Shown here piece by piece: positions 9,637-18,856 of a DNA stretch of 44,949 bases. Numbering within the stretch: the stretch's first letter is position 1; each line of letters opens with the position of its first letter. The stretch is taken from NCBI GenBank assembly GCA_964538225.1, contig CAZIDW010000001.1, positions 1-44,949 of the forward strand, given 5' to 3'. The stretch comes from an uncultured Candidatus Peribacteria bacterium (GTDB lineage Bacteria; Patescibacteriota; Gracilibacteria; UM-FILTER-43-11). The position numbers were made by a program, and so were the translations under genes. The notes beneath the pieces are model-generated. The model was not told where the DNA came from and did no database searches. It saw only the letters and a list, made by a program, of their open reading frames with translations.

Positions 9637-9840
9637 ATGAAAGAGATTTTTATCGGGCATCGTTCCATTTTTGCCCTGATCGGGTTCATTGTGGGGGGTG
9701 TTTTGGTCGGCCGATCGGTTTGGGAATATCTGATGACCTATTTTTCTCTCTCTGTTGTTATTGTAATCGGTTTTTTGGTTTTTTTGCTCAGTGGCCTGGT
9801 CTTGCATGAGTTTGATGAAGAAAATCAAAAAAAAGAATAG
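9637..9840 (+). CDS. small 2-TM membrane protein, hypothetical
   Basis: ATG at 9637 within the 9517-9840 ORF. Two hydrophobic helices. No recognised family. Confidence 0.3.
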   Translation: MKEIFIGHRSIFALIGFIVGGVLVGRSVWEYLMTYFSLSVVIVIGFLVFLLSGLVLHEFDEENQKKE

Positions 9841-9862
9841 CTTTTATAATTTTTGATTGAAT

Positions 9863-10786
9863 ATGTCTGATATTTACGATGTCATCATTATCGGCACCGG
9901 TCCGGCCGGTTACACGGCTGCTATTTATACGAGCCGCGGTAATCTGAAGACACTTGTCTTCGACGGCCCCCAGCCGGGCGGCCAGCTGACCACCACCACT
10001 AAAGTAGAAAATTTTCCGGGATTCGAAGACGGTATTCAGGGGCCTGAACTGATGAAAGAAATGCGCGCTCAGGCGGAACGTTTCGGCACAGATTATGTGA
10101 ATAAAAAAGTGGATAAAGTCGATTTTTCCGCCCGCCCCTTTCGCGTCTGGGCCGGCCAGGAAGAATATCAGGCTAAAGCCGTTATCATCACCACGGGGTC
10201 TAAGCCCCGCAAGCTGGGCCTGGAATCCGAAGAAAAGTTCTGGTCTAAAGGGGTTTCCAGCTGTGCCACCTGCGATGGCTTCTTTTTTAAGAATAAGACA
10301 GTCGCGGTGATTGGTGGCGGGGACAGCGCCATGGAAGAGGGGACGTTTCTCACCAAATTCGCTGAAAAAGTCTATATCATCCATCGTCGGGATGAATTTA
10401 AGGCGTCTGAGATCATGCTGAAGCGCGCTCAGGATAATAATAAGGTCGAAATCCTCATCAATAAGGCGGTTGAAGAGGTTTTAGGCGATGACCATGTGAC
10501 TGGCCTCCGCCTGAAAGACACGGAAACGGGTGAGACTTCAGAATTAAAGGTTGACGGGATGTTTCTGGCTATCGGCCATACCCCGGCCACAGATCCTTTT
10601 AAGGATGAGGTCGAATTGGATGACCATGGGTATATCGTTCACAAAAAACACACCATGACGAGTTTACAAGGTGTTTTTGCAGGCGGGGATTGTGTGGATT
10701 CCCGCTACCGACAGGCAATTACCGCGGCAGGACAGGGCTGTCGGGCGGCTATGGATACCAAACGATGGCTGGATGACAATGAGTAG
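9863..10786 (+). CDS. trxB: thioredoxin-disulfide reductase
   Basis: GTGPAG FAD motif, redox-active CATCDG, GGGDSA NADPH motif. ATG at 9863 preferred over TTG at 9857. Confidence 0.95.
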   Translation: MSDIYDVIIIGTGPAGYTAAIYTSRGNLKTLVFDGPQPGGQLTTTTKVENFPGFEDGIQGPELMKEMRAQAERFGTDYVNKKVDKVDFSARPFRVWAGQEEYQAKAVIITTGSKPRKLGLESEEKFWSKGVSSCATCDGFFFKNKTVAVIGGGDSAMEEGTFLTKFAEKVYIIHRRDEFKASEIMLKRAQDNNKVEILINKAVEEVLGDDHVTGLRLKDTETGETSELKVDGMFLAIGHTPATDPFKDEVELDDHGYIVHKKHTMTSLQGVFAGGDCVDSRYRQAITAAGQGCRAAMDTKRWLDDNE

Positions 10787-10787
10787 C

Positions 10788-10979
10788 TTATTCCTGTTGT
10801 GACAAGACAACCAGCCCTTCTATCAGGCGCATGCGGGCTTTTCGCGCCTCCTCTTCAGCCAGTTGGCGGATTCGGAGGGCGCCAGTCAGCAGGTCTGCTT
10901 GGCGCTCATCAATAAAACCAGCTTCCAGGACTGTCGCGATATCATCGGGCGAGTAGTCCGGTTTTTCTGAATGGGACAT
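10788..10979 (-). CDS. hypothetical small protein downstream of rplT
   Basis: 63-aa ORF starting 20 nt after the rplT stop. No recognised motif. Confidence 0.35.
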   Translation of the reverse strand: MSHSEKPDYSPDDIATVLEAGFIDERQADLLTGALRIRQLAEEEARKARMRLIEGLVVLSQQE

Positions 10980-10999
10980 CTTTATCGGATTAAAAACAA

Positions 11000-11533
11000 T
11001 TATTCTTTGGCGGCTGATTCTTCCTGCTTTTGAGGCGGTTCCTGAGGTTCGCTTGCCGGAGAATCATTATCCTCTCCTTCAGGCGCTGCCGTGTCGTCGG
11101 ATGCAGGTTTTTCCGTTTCAGGATTTTTGGCTTTTTTTTGTGTGGCTGGTTTTTTTACTTCCGGCGCTTTGTCTTCCGGGGGCAGGGAAGCCTTGGCTTT
11201 TTCCACGATTTCTTTAAAAACATCCGGTTCGCTGATTGCTAGTTCAGACAGCATTTTGCGGTTGATCTCAATACCGGCCAGTTCCAGGCCATAAATAAAC
11301 CGGCTGTATTTCATGTCATGCTCCCGGCAGGCATTATTGATCCGCAGGACCCATAGCTGGTGGAATGTCCGTTTTTTCAGCTTGCGGTCACGGTAAGCGT
11401 TTTGGCCTGCTTTCATGACAGCGTTTTTGGCCAGTTTGAATACATTTTTCCGTTTTCCGCGGAATCCTTTTGTCTGTTTAAGGATTTTTTTATGACGCCG
11501 ATGGGTTGTTACGCCGCATTTTACTCTGGACAT
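11000..11533 (-). CDS. rplT: 50S ribosomal protein L20 with about 60-aa acidic/Pro-rich C-terminal extension
   Basis: N-terminus [26 protein letters not shown] and [10 protein letters not shown] motif. 177 aa versus about 118 typical. Confidence 0.95.
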   Translation of the reverse strand: MSRVKCGVTTHRRHKKILKQTKGFRGKRKNVFKLAKNAVMKAGQNAYRDRKLKKRTFHQLWVLRINNACREHDMKYSRFIYGLELAGIEINRKMLSELAISEPDVFKEIVEKAKASLPPEDKAPEVKKPATQKKAKNPETEKPASDDTAAPEGEDNDSPASEPQEPPQKQEESAAKE

Positions 11534-11562
11534 CGTAAGAAGTGGATTAGCGATTAAAAAGA

Positions 11563-11778
11563 TTACTGGCCAGGCAGTAGCCGCTTAAGCTCTTTTTTAT
11601 GAGCCTTGCTGGTGAGGATGGTCTGTTTGGCCAGCCGCTTCTGTTTTTTGGATTTTTGCTGAAGCAAGTGATTATGCGCGGCTTTCTGCTGGGCAAAATT
11701 CCCTTTTCCGGTTTTTTTAAAACGTTTTTTGGCGGAGCTGGAAGACCGTTGTTTTCCGGGCTTGGCTTTTGCTGGCAT
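11563..11778 (-). CDS. rpmI: 50S ribosomal protein L35
   Basis: [26 protein letters not shown]... basic 71-aa protein. ATG at 11776-11778. The upstream part of the ORF-track call lies in the repeat. Confidence 0.9.
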   Translation of the reverse strand: MPAKAKPGKQRSSSSAKKRFKKTGKGNFAQQKAAHNHLLQQKSKKQKRLAKQTILTSKAHKKELKRLLPGQ

Positions 11779-11831
11779 TTGAAAAATTTTATGAAATAAA
11801 TTTTTAAACCTGACCCTGCCGCTTCGCGGCA

Positions 11832-11937
11832 GACACCTGACGACATTTGTAATTTGCCCCTTCGGGGCGTAACTTGTAACTGGTAACTCGATTGCCACAA
11901 GTTACAAGTTACGAATTACAAATTTCGTCAGGTGTCA
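11832..11937 (+). repeat. GTAAC nested-palindromic element, copy B
   Basis: Perfect 12-bp outer stem GACACCTGACGA/TCGTCAGGTGTC. Core near-identical to 2590-2675. Confidence 0.85.
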
Positions 11938-11955
11938 GTTATTAGGTGTTAACTG

Positions 11956-12471
11956 TTACTTGTTTGGATTTAATATCATCATCATCTGAAAACCCTGGCG
12001 CTTGGGTTCCTGCTCGATTTTACAGAGGTCTTCCACTTTTTCGTAGAATTCCTGCAGTTTAGTTTTGGCAAGGTCCTGATGGGAGATTTCACGGCCACGG
12101 AATATCACGACGACTTTAACCAGGTTCCTGTCTTCTAAAAATTGTCTCGCTTTTTTGGCTTTTACTTCCAGATCGTGCTTTTCTGTACGGATGCTCAGGC
12201 GGATGGTCTTCGTTTCCGTTTTTTTCACAGACTTTTTCGCCTTTTTTTTCTTTTTTTTCAGGCTGTAAAGATAATTTCCGTAGTCCATGACCTTACAGAC
12301 AGGCGGATCAGCAAGCGGAGCGACTTCTACCAGGTCCAGTTCTTTTTCCCGGGCGCGCTGCAGGGCTTCCTGGGTATTTATAACGCCCACTTTCTCCTCG
12401 CCGTCGATCAATAAGACCTTTGGAGTGCGGATTTTTTCATTGATGCGTAATTTTTTACCTATAGGTTTAAT
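11956..12471 (-). CDS. infC: translation initiation factor IF-3, probable ATT start
   Basis: Conserved RINEKIRTPKVLLIDGEEK lies upstream of the ORF-track TTG start. The frame is open back to a TAA. The only plausible initiator is ATT at 12469-12471. Confidence 0.85.
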   Translation of the reverse strand: MKPIGKKLRINEKIRTPKVLLIDGEEKVGVINTQEALQRAREKELDLVEVAPLADPPVCKVMDYGNYLYSLKKKKKKAKKSVKKTETKTIRLSIRTEKHDLEVKAKKARQFLEDRNLVKVVVIFRGREISHQDLAKTKLQEFYEKVEDLCKIEQEPKRQGFQMMMILNPNK

Positions 12472-12510
12472 ATTAAGGGGTAAAAGGAGAGCTTGATATT
12501 GAGCTCGACC

Positions 12511-12539
12511 ATTTTAGGTAAATTGCATTTAAAAGTCAA
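12511..12539 (-). promoter_or_regulatory. sigma70-like promoter of infC-rpmI-rplT (TTGACT-17-TAAAAT on minus strand)
   Basis: Minus-strand TTGACT (12534-12539), 17-nt spacer, TAAAAT (12511-12516). Confidence 0.5.
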
Positions 12540-12618
12540 TGTTTTTCTTTTGCATAAGTCAATATCGGCACGCATACATACAAAAAAAGGATTCAGGAAT
12601 CAGAAGTCAGGAATCAGC

Positions 12619-12879
12619 TTATAAATTGGAAAAAAGGCTGATAATGCCGATTTGCGCAAAATCCAGGGCAAAAAAAGCGAGCAGTGGAGAGAAATCCAGC
12701 ATCCCGGTCCGGGGCAGGATTTTACGGAATATCCGCAAAATCGGCTCAGTGATCTCATAAAGGATCTGAGTAAAGCGCCCGGGCGGGCCGGGGCGAAGCC
12801 AGGACAGCAGAATACGCACCAGAATGGCGTATTTCAGAATGCGGATGATGTTGACGAAGAAAAATAGGATGAATTCCAT
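12619..12879 (-). CDS. yggT: YggT family membrane protein
   Basis: 86 aa, ILLSWL...ITEPILRIFRKILP...DFSPL pattern typical of YggT. Confidence 0.8.
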   Translation of the reverse strand: MEFILFFFVNIIRILKYAILVRILLSWLRPGPPGRFTQILYEITEPILRIFRKILPRTGMLDFSPLLAFFALDFAQIGIISLFSNL

Positions 12880-12969
12880 GGCTCAATTATACATTGGAAA
12901 ATCCAAAACTCTAAACTCAAAACTCTAAACTTGATACTTTTTCGAATTTTGGACGTTGAGTTTTAAATT

Positions 12970-13638
12970 TTATTTTTTCAACCCAATAAACACAGCAATC
13001 CTGCCTGTATCAGCATTACGGTGTGAAAAATATCGGTTCGGATTACATTTTGTACATTCTTTTGCTATTTCAATCTGATTTTCCGGCACCCCCGCCTCTT
13101 TGAGCTGCTGAAGGCTGAGTGACCAAAAATTCACATTTCTGCCTTTGATAAAAGGATGGATGAATTCCGGCAGTTCTTTTTCCGGATCACTAAATGTTGC
13201 GCAGCAGGGGCCGAGCGACGGGCTGACTCCGACTATCAAATCTGCCGGATTAGTGCCAAATTCTTTTATCATCTCTTTTATTGTTTTTCCGATTATATTC
13301 TGTGCTGAGCTTCTCCATCCTGCATGTACGGCAGCAATTGAATCAGTTTTCGGGTCATACATAAGTATGCCCTGACAATCCGCTATCTTAACTGCAAGCG
13401 GGAGATTTATCTGCCGGGTAATAAACGCGTCACCTTCAAATTGTTTATCCGGTTTACCCGTGACTTTAATAATCTTATCGCCATGCATCTGACGGCTGAA
13501 TATCGGATCAACCGGAAGTTTTTTCTTCTGTTTTTCAAAAACCTCATCTTCTTCATTAAATGAGCCGAGCGGTTTTGTGGTCACTCCATGGATCAGCTCA
13601 TCGGCAAAAGGTTCGAATAAGGTGAATTTCAGTATCAT
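12970..13638 (-). CDS. pgeF: YfiH/PgeF laccase-domain (purine nucleoside phosphorylase / peptidoglycan editing) protein
   Basis: ADCQGILMYD and HAGWRSS motifs, C-terminal CTKC...FSHR. Confidence 0.85.
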   Translation of the reverse strand: MILKFTLFEPFADELIHGVTTKPLGSFNEEDEVFEKQKKKLPVDPIFSRQMHGDKIIKVTGKPDKQFEGDAFITRQINLPLAVKIADCQGILMYDPKTDSIAAVHAGWRSSAQNIIGKTIKEMIKEFGTNPADLIVGVSPSLGPCCATFSDPEKELPEFIHPFIKGRNVNFWSLSLQQLKEAGVPENQIEIAKECTKCNPNRYFSHRNADTGRIAVFIGLKK

Positions 13639-14412
13639 CTAATCGTCTTTACGGAGCAGGTAGGGGATCAGTTCAATCAATTCCGCGGCGCGAAGGTTTG
13701 CCTGTTTTTCAACCAGATAGTCCGCCGCCTCCCCTAAGGCATGGGCCGCGATATGGCAGGCATCCACAGGCGGATGATCCTGGGCCATCAACCCGGTGAT
13801 CAGCCCGCTCAGCACATCTCCGGTCCCCCCGACAGTCATCAGGGCGTTCCCGGTTTTGTTGATGATAAGGTCTTCCTTATCCGCGATGATGTCTTCCGGG
13901 CCTTTTACGAGTAGCGTCGCCTTGAAATGCCTGGCCCATTTCTGCACATTTTCCGGCGTCGGCTCATCGCCCGTCATTTCTTTAAATTCCCTCCGATGCG
14001 GTGTCAGCACCGCGTTTTTTGGCAGGGTATTGGTATAAATAAGCGCGTCCGCGTCTACCACGGTCGGTTTGTCCAGCCTGCTCAGCAGTTCTTTCACTGC
14101 TTTTTGCGTCTCTTTAGCCTGTCCCAGTCCCGGCCCGATGGCCACCACGTCAACGTTTTGGCTGAAATCCAGGATGCGTTTCGCGTCAGCGGAGATCAGA
14201 TGGTCTTTTTCAAAGGTCCGGATGATCAGATTCAGGGAATAGGTGCGGGCCACCTGCGCGTGACAAGGGGGCAGGAATGGAAAAACCAGGTCCACCCCTG
14301 AGTATTCAGCGCCCAGGGAACATAAAATCGGCGCGCCATGGAACAGGGCGCTGCCGCCGATGACCATCACTTTGCCGTTCTGGCCCTTATGGCTGTCTTT
14401 TTTTCTTTGCAT
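13639..14412 (-). CDS. nnrD: NAD(P)H-hydrate dehydratase (YjeF C-terminal type)
   Basis: HKGQNGKVMVIGGS and GGTGDVLSGLI motifs. Its stop abuts the pgeF start. Confidence 0.85.
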   Translation of the reverse strand: MQRKKDSHKGQNGKVMVIGGSALFHGAPILCSLGAEYSGVDLVFPFLPPCHAQVARTYSLNLIIRTFEKDHLISADAKRILDFSQNVDVVAIGPGLGQAKETQKAVKELLSRLDKPTVVDADALIYTNTLPKNAVLTPHRREFKEMTGDEPTPENVQKWARHFKATLLVKGPEDIIADKEDLIINKTGNALMTVGGTGDVLSGLITGLMAQDHPPVDACHIAAHALGEAADYLVEKQANLRAAELIELIPYLLRKDD

Positions 14413-14507
14413 ATTTTTATATTATGTGATTTTTTAAGAACTTTTCATTTAATCACTTTTCACTGGATCACTTTTCACTGGATTGATGTTCCGATGATTA
14501 AAAAGTT

Positions 14508-15383
14508 TTAAAAAGGGGACAGCGGAAGGATGCACACTTCCGGCTGCATAGATACATTGAACTTGTCTTTGACTTTCTGGTGGACCTTGAGCGCCAGCGT
14601 GAGGATGTCTTTTGAAGCGGCGTCACCGGTATTGATGATGAAATTGGCGTGTTTGGGCGAGACCACAGCGCCCCCCTCCTTCATTCCTTTGCAGCCCGCC
14701 TGGTCGATGAGCCAGCCAGCCGATGGAAACCGGCGCGGATTTTTAAAGAAACTGCCGCAGGTATTCCCCACTGGCTGTTTTAAGGACCGTTCACGGATGT
14801 AATGGCTGACCTCCGCGCGGATTTTTACCCCTGGCTCCATCCGCATTTTCAGCGTGGCGGAAAGCACGATGTCTTTGTTTTTTTTGAGTTTGCTTTCCCG
14901 GTAGCCGAACTGAAAATACTCCGGCCCCACGATGACCGGCTTGTCGCCGGCGGCCGGCAGAATGACAGCATGTGTCAGCACATCCCCGATGCAGACATCC
15001 GGCACACCCGCGTTACCGCACACCGCTCCGCCCACCGTGCCCGGAATGTTGGTGAGCCCGGAAAGGCCCCCCAGGTTGTGTTGGGCCGCGATCAGAATCA
15101 TTTTGGTCAGGCTCACGCCGCCTTCCACGCTTATCCGGTCACCCTGTATCTGCATCCGGCGCATTTTATTGTGAATGATCAGCCCCGGATATCCCTCGTC
15201 TAAAAACAGGATATTGCTTCCCGCTCCCAGGATCACAAAAGGGATCTTTTTTTTGCGGGCGAATTCACGGAGGTGGTGTATTTCCTGGGCGGTTTTGGCT
15301 TCCGCGAAATATTTGGCCGGTCCGCCCGTCTGAAACGTGGTGAACTTCCTCAGCGATATGTTTTCTTTGACCTGTATACCCAT
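14508..15383 (-). CDS. murB: UDP-N-acetylenolpyruvoylglucosamine reductase
   Basis: FTTFQTGGPA, LGAGSNILF and GCKG...VSPKHANFIIN motifs. Confidence 0.93.
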   Translation of the reverse strand: MGIQVKENISLRKFTTFQTGGPAKYFAEAKTAQEIHHLREFARKKKIPFVILGAGSNILFLDEGYPGLIIHNKMRRMQIQGDRISVEGGVSLTKMILIAAQHNLGGLSGLTNIPGTVGGAVCGNAGVPDVCIGDVLTHAVILPAAGDKPVIVGPEYFQFGYRESKLKKNKDIVLSATLKMRMEPGVKIRAEVSHYIRERSLKQPVGNTCGSFFKNPRRFPSAGWLIDQAGCKGMKEGGAVVSPKHANFIINTGDAASKDILTLALKVHQKVKDKFNVSMQPEVCILPLSPF

Positions 15384-15405
15384 AGCGTTGTAATACTACA
15401 ACTTT

Positions 15406-16881
15406 TTATAACTTTTGTAAAGCAAAATCCAATCGCCTCATCACCTCTTCTTTACCCAAATAGACCATCAGGGTCGAAAAGTTAGGTGAACGCTCCCTGC
15501 CGGACAGCGCCACCCGGATGGGCCAGAGCACCTGTCCGTTTTTCAGCCCCAGTTCATCCACTATCTTTATCATTTTTTCTGAAAGCTCCGCAGACCGGCT
15601 GTTGTCGCCCTGTTCCCATTCCAGGCTGCCGACCACTGCTTTAGTTTTTTTCAGCACATTTTCCAGTATGTCTTTGGTGATCCGGAATTTGTCGCGCATG
15701 ATCAGGCTCAGCGGATAATCGGCCAATTCATCGAACAAAACGTTCAATTCCTCCGGGATCTCCGATAGTTTTTTAAACCGTCCTTCAAAATCCGGGTCTT
15801 TCAGGATTTTTTTAATCAACGCCGGATTATCGGTCGGGATTTTATCCTCTATATAAGGTAATGCTTTTTTATAAAAAGTATCCACATCTTCTGCGATCTC
15901 CTTTTTAATCCATTCCCCGTTGATCCAGTCCAGCTTTTTCAGGTCAAACACAGCGCCGCCTTTGTGCACGCGGTCGAGTGAGAATTGTCTGATGAGTTCT
16001 TTTATACTGAATATCTCCTGCTCGGTTCCCGGATTCCAGCCGAGCAGGGCCAGGAAGTTGATCAGCGCTTCCGGCAGGTAACCGTCGTTCAGATAATCAT
16101 CCACCGATACCTTGTTTTTTCGTTTGCTGAGCTTACTTTTATCCTGATTCAAGATCAGCGGAAGATGGGCGAATCCAGGCACGTCCCACTCCAGCGTCTC
16201 AAACAGCAGGATCTGTTTGGGGGTATTGGAAATATGATCCTCCCCGCGGATGACATGGGTGATCTCCATATCGTGGTCGTCCGCCACCACGGTCAGGTGG
16301 TACAGGGGGGCATCCAGAGCCCGCGCGATGACAAAATCATCCAGTTCTTTGGAATGAATAACGGTTTCACCGCGAACCAGATCGTCCCATTTAATATCCC
16401 CGCGGTCTTTCGGCACTCGCAGGCGGATGACTCCTTTTTCACCGCTTTCTATCCGTTTTCTGGCTTCTTCAGGTCTGATCTCTGAACAACAGCCGTCATA
16501 ACGGGGCGGGCGTTTTTCCTCCTGGCATTTTTTTCGCATTTCTTCCAGCCGTTCTTTACTGCAGAAGCAGTAATACGCCTTATTTTCATCCAGGAGTTTT
16601 TGGAGGTATTTCTGGTAGATGTCTTTCCGTTCGCTTTGGCGGTACGGGCCGTGCCTGCCGTCCGCGTGCACACCTTCATCGCCCGCGATGCCCAGTTTCA
16701 TCAGCCCGTTGATAATGTCTTTTTCAAATTCCGGTTTGTTCCGTTCTTTATCTGTATCCTCAATCCGGAAGACCATTGCTCCGCCTTCGTGTTTGGCAAA
16801 AAGATAGTTATACAAAGCGGTCCGTACGGTGCCTATGTGGAGAAGGCCGGTGGGAGAAGGGGGGATACGAACCCGGATCAT
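15406..16881 (-). CDS. gltX: glutamate--tRNA ligase
   Basis: PSPTGLLHIGTVRTALYNY (HIGH region), KLSKRK (KMSKS region). Confidence 0.95.
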   Translation of the reverse strand: MIRVRIPPSPTGLLHIGTVRTALYNYLFAKHEGGAMVFRIEDTDKERNKPEFEKDIINGLMKLGIAGDEGVHADGRHGPYRQSERKDIYQKYLQKLLDENKAYYCFCSKERLEEMRKKCQEEKRPPRYDGCCSEIRPEEARKRIESGEKGVIRLRVPKDRGDIKWDDLVRGETVIHSKELDDFVIARALDAPLYHLTVVADDHDMEITHVIRGEDHISNTPKQILLFETLEWDVPGFAHLPLILNQDKSKLSKRKNKVSVDDYLNDGYLPEALINFLALLGWNPGTEQEIFSIKELIRQFSLDRVHKGGAVFDLKKLDWINGEWIKKEIAEDVDTFYKKALPYIEDKIPTDNPALIKKILKDPDFEGRFKKLSEIPEELNVLFDELADYPLSLIMRDKFRITKDILENVLKKTKAVVGSLEWEQGDNSRSAELSEKMIKIVDELGLKNGQVLWPIRVALSGRERSPNFSTLMVYLGKEEVMRRLDFALQKL

Positions 16882-16959
16882 GTTATTTGAATTTAAGATA
16901 TTTTCATCATATCAAAAAACAGAATGTCGACAAGCGCTTGTCGACATTCTGTTTGATTG

Positions 16960-17616
16960 TTATTCATATGCTTCAACCGTCATCTTTTCCATCACCACAT
17001 CGGCGGTCGGCTTGTCCCGGCCGTCCCGGTCGGTAGTGGCGATGGCATCCACGACATCCATTCCTTCAAATACCTGGCCGAACACGGAATGCTTGCCGTC
17101 CAGCCACGGAGTGGCATCGGCGTGGACAATAAAGAACTGACTGCCGTTGGTGTTGGGGCCGGCATTGGCCATAGAAAGGGCGCCTTTAATGTTTTTAAGG
17201 TCCGGACTGAATTCATCTTCGAACTTTCCGCCCCATAAACTTTCACCCCCCATGCCGGTACCCGTCGGGTCGCCGCCCTGGATCATAAAATCCGGGATGA
17301 CACGGTGGAAGATGAGGCCGTCGTAATAATCTTTTTCCGCCAGGCCCACGAAGTTCTCAACGGTTTTCGGCACTTTAGTCGGAAAGAGTCTGATTTTAAT
17401 CGTTCCCATCGTGGTGTCGATCACAGCGATCTGGTCGCCGGCTTCCGGCGGGGCGGTCTGGTCGAATGCGGGCATGGTATCGGGGTTAGTGGTGGTAAGG
17501 GCAGTTTCCGGCGGCCCGTCCTGATAGACTTTACTCAGCTCCTCTTCCGGCGAGGTACCGCAGGCGGTGAGCAAGGCAAAAGAGAGGGCCATCAGAAAAA
17601 TAGATATTTTTTTCAT
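16960..17616 (-). CDS. cyclophilin-type peptidyl-prolyl isomerase, lipoprotein
   Basis: Lipobox [20 protein letters not shown] and [16 protein letters not shown] motifs. Confidence 0.93.
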   Translation of the reverse strand: MKKISIFLMALSFALLTACGTSPEEELSKVYQDGPPETALTTTNPDTMPAFDQTAPPEAGDQIAVIDTTMGTIKIRLFPTKVPKTVENFVGLAEKDYYDGLIFHRVIPDFMIQGGDPTGTGMGGESLWGGKFEDEFSPDLKNIKGALSMANAGPNTNGSQFFIVHADATPWLDGKHSVFGQVFEGMDVVDAIATTDRDGRDKPTADVVMEKMTVEAYE

Positions 17617-17622
17617 GATGAT

Positions 17623-18129
17623 TTATTGAGGTAAATAAGGTACACAATTACTATTGCTGTCTGCATCGTCTTGACTTACTGAACAAGCGCCAGTACCATC
17701 AGTCTTTTTCCAATCATCAAGTTGGAAATCAGGATCATTAGTTGCCACATGACTAGTTAGCTGGTCAGTGGCTTCAACAACATCCTGGATGGTCGCCAGG
17801 ACATAGGTTTTGGCGTTCTCTCCATCGCCTCCCGCACTATCTCCTCTTTTATAATAATAAACTGATTTAGTAGAAGGATCTTTGGGGATTTCACTGATGA
17901 TATTTGCCCCCATATCACTTAAAGATTCAGGGTATTGATTTTCTTTTACTAAGTAAAGCTCAAGCGCCTGCTGAAGGGTGCTGATGTCTTGCAGTCTTTT
18001 GGAATTCTGGGCTTTAGTGGTTTGGCCGCCGACTGCAATATAAGCTGTAACCGAAAGAATCGCCATAATGGTGATTACGACCAGGAGTTCCACCAGCGAA
18101 AACCCTTTTTTGAAATGTTTTGTAAGCAT
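17623..18129 (-). CDS. type IV pilin-like protein (prepilin N-terminal methylation motif)
   Basis: KKGFSLVELLVVITIMAILS class III signal peptide. Confidence 0.85.
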   Translation of the reverse strand: MLTKHFKKGFSLVELLVVITIMAILSVTAYIAVGGQTTKAQNSKRLQDISTLQQALELYLVKENQYPESLSDMGANIISEIPKDPSTKSVYYYKRGDSAGGDGENAKTYVLATIQDVVEATDQLTSHVATNDPDFQLDDWKKTDGTGACSVSQDDADSNSNCVPYLPQ

Positions 18130-18192
18130 GGTTGTTTATTACTTTTTTAACACATCTCATTGTATCCGTTCGCCCTGATAAAGGCAAATTTT

Positions 18193-18275
18193 ATTTCTGA
18201 TTTCTGATTTCTGATTTCAGATTTGATTTATCATTTATCATTTTTCATTTATCATTTGGATATCATTTATCATTT
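18193..18275 (+). repeat. tandem heptamer tract (TTTCTGA x3-4, then TTTATCA variants x7) abutting the pth start
   Basis: About 12 consecutive 7-nt units, all starting TTT, in the pilin/pth divergent intergenic region. Confidence 0.85.
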
Positions 18276-18280
18276 ATTAT

Positions 18281-18850
18281 TTGGACATGAAATTGATCGT
18301 CGGCTTAGGAAATCCGGGGAAACAATACGAAAAAACCCGCCACAACGCGGGATTTATGGCGTTGGATTTTTTAGCGGAGCATTTTGGTCTGACATTCAAA
18401 ACATCCGATAAGCACCAATGTGAACTGGCGGAAGGCCGGCTGTTTGATGAAAAGGTCATTTTAATCAAACCGCAGACTTTCATGAACCGATCCGGCCAGG
18501 CGGTTCGTTCGGTGGCGCGGTTTTTCAAGATTCCCGCAGAAGATGTGGTGGTGGTCTACGATGACGCGGACTTGCCGTGCGGCAACCTGCGCATCCGGCC
18601 GTCCGGTTCGGCCGGCGGGCACAAGGGCCTGGGGTCCGTCATTCAGGAACTGGGAAGTGAACAATTTACCCGCGTGCGTTTCGGTATCGCTCCGCTCACG
18701 GAATTTAAAGGGGGTTTGGAGGATTATGTTTTAGGAAAATTATCCGGCGAAGAAGTGAACCTGATGGAAGGCAATATCAAAAAACTTCCCACACTCTTAG
18801 AAACACTTTTCAGTAAGGGCATTGAAGAAGCGATGCAGGATTTTAACTGA
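18281..18850 (+). CDS. pth: peptidyl-tRNA hydrolase
   Basis: LIVGLGNPGKQYEKTRHNAGF and MNRSGQAV motifs. Confidence 0.95.
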   Translation: MDMKLIVGLGNPGKQYEKTRHNAGFMALDFLAEHFGLTFKTSDKHQCELAEGRLFDEKVILIKPQTFMNRSGQAVRSVARFFKIPAEDVVVVYDDADLPCGNLRIRPSGSAGGHKGLGSVIQELGSEQFTRVRFGIAPLTEFKGGLEDYVLGKLSGEEVNLMEGNIKKLPTLLETLFSKGIEEAMQDFN

Positions 18851-18856
18851 TTTTTT

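Noticed and set aside
8881-9828. 315-aa minus-strand ORF, the longest unexplained ORF in the ATPase region.
   Set aside because: It is entirely antisense to the well-supported atpD gene and the downstream spacer, and its sequence is low-complexity and non-protein-like. The same reasoning applies to 7409-8152 (antisense to atpB), 4003-4521 (atpC), 9788-10384 (trxB), 27618-28196 (trpS), 31513-32058 (Bro-N gene), 42541-42993 (SLH protein) and 44119-44691 (SLH/DJ-1).
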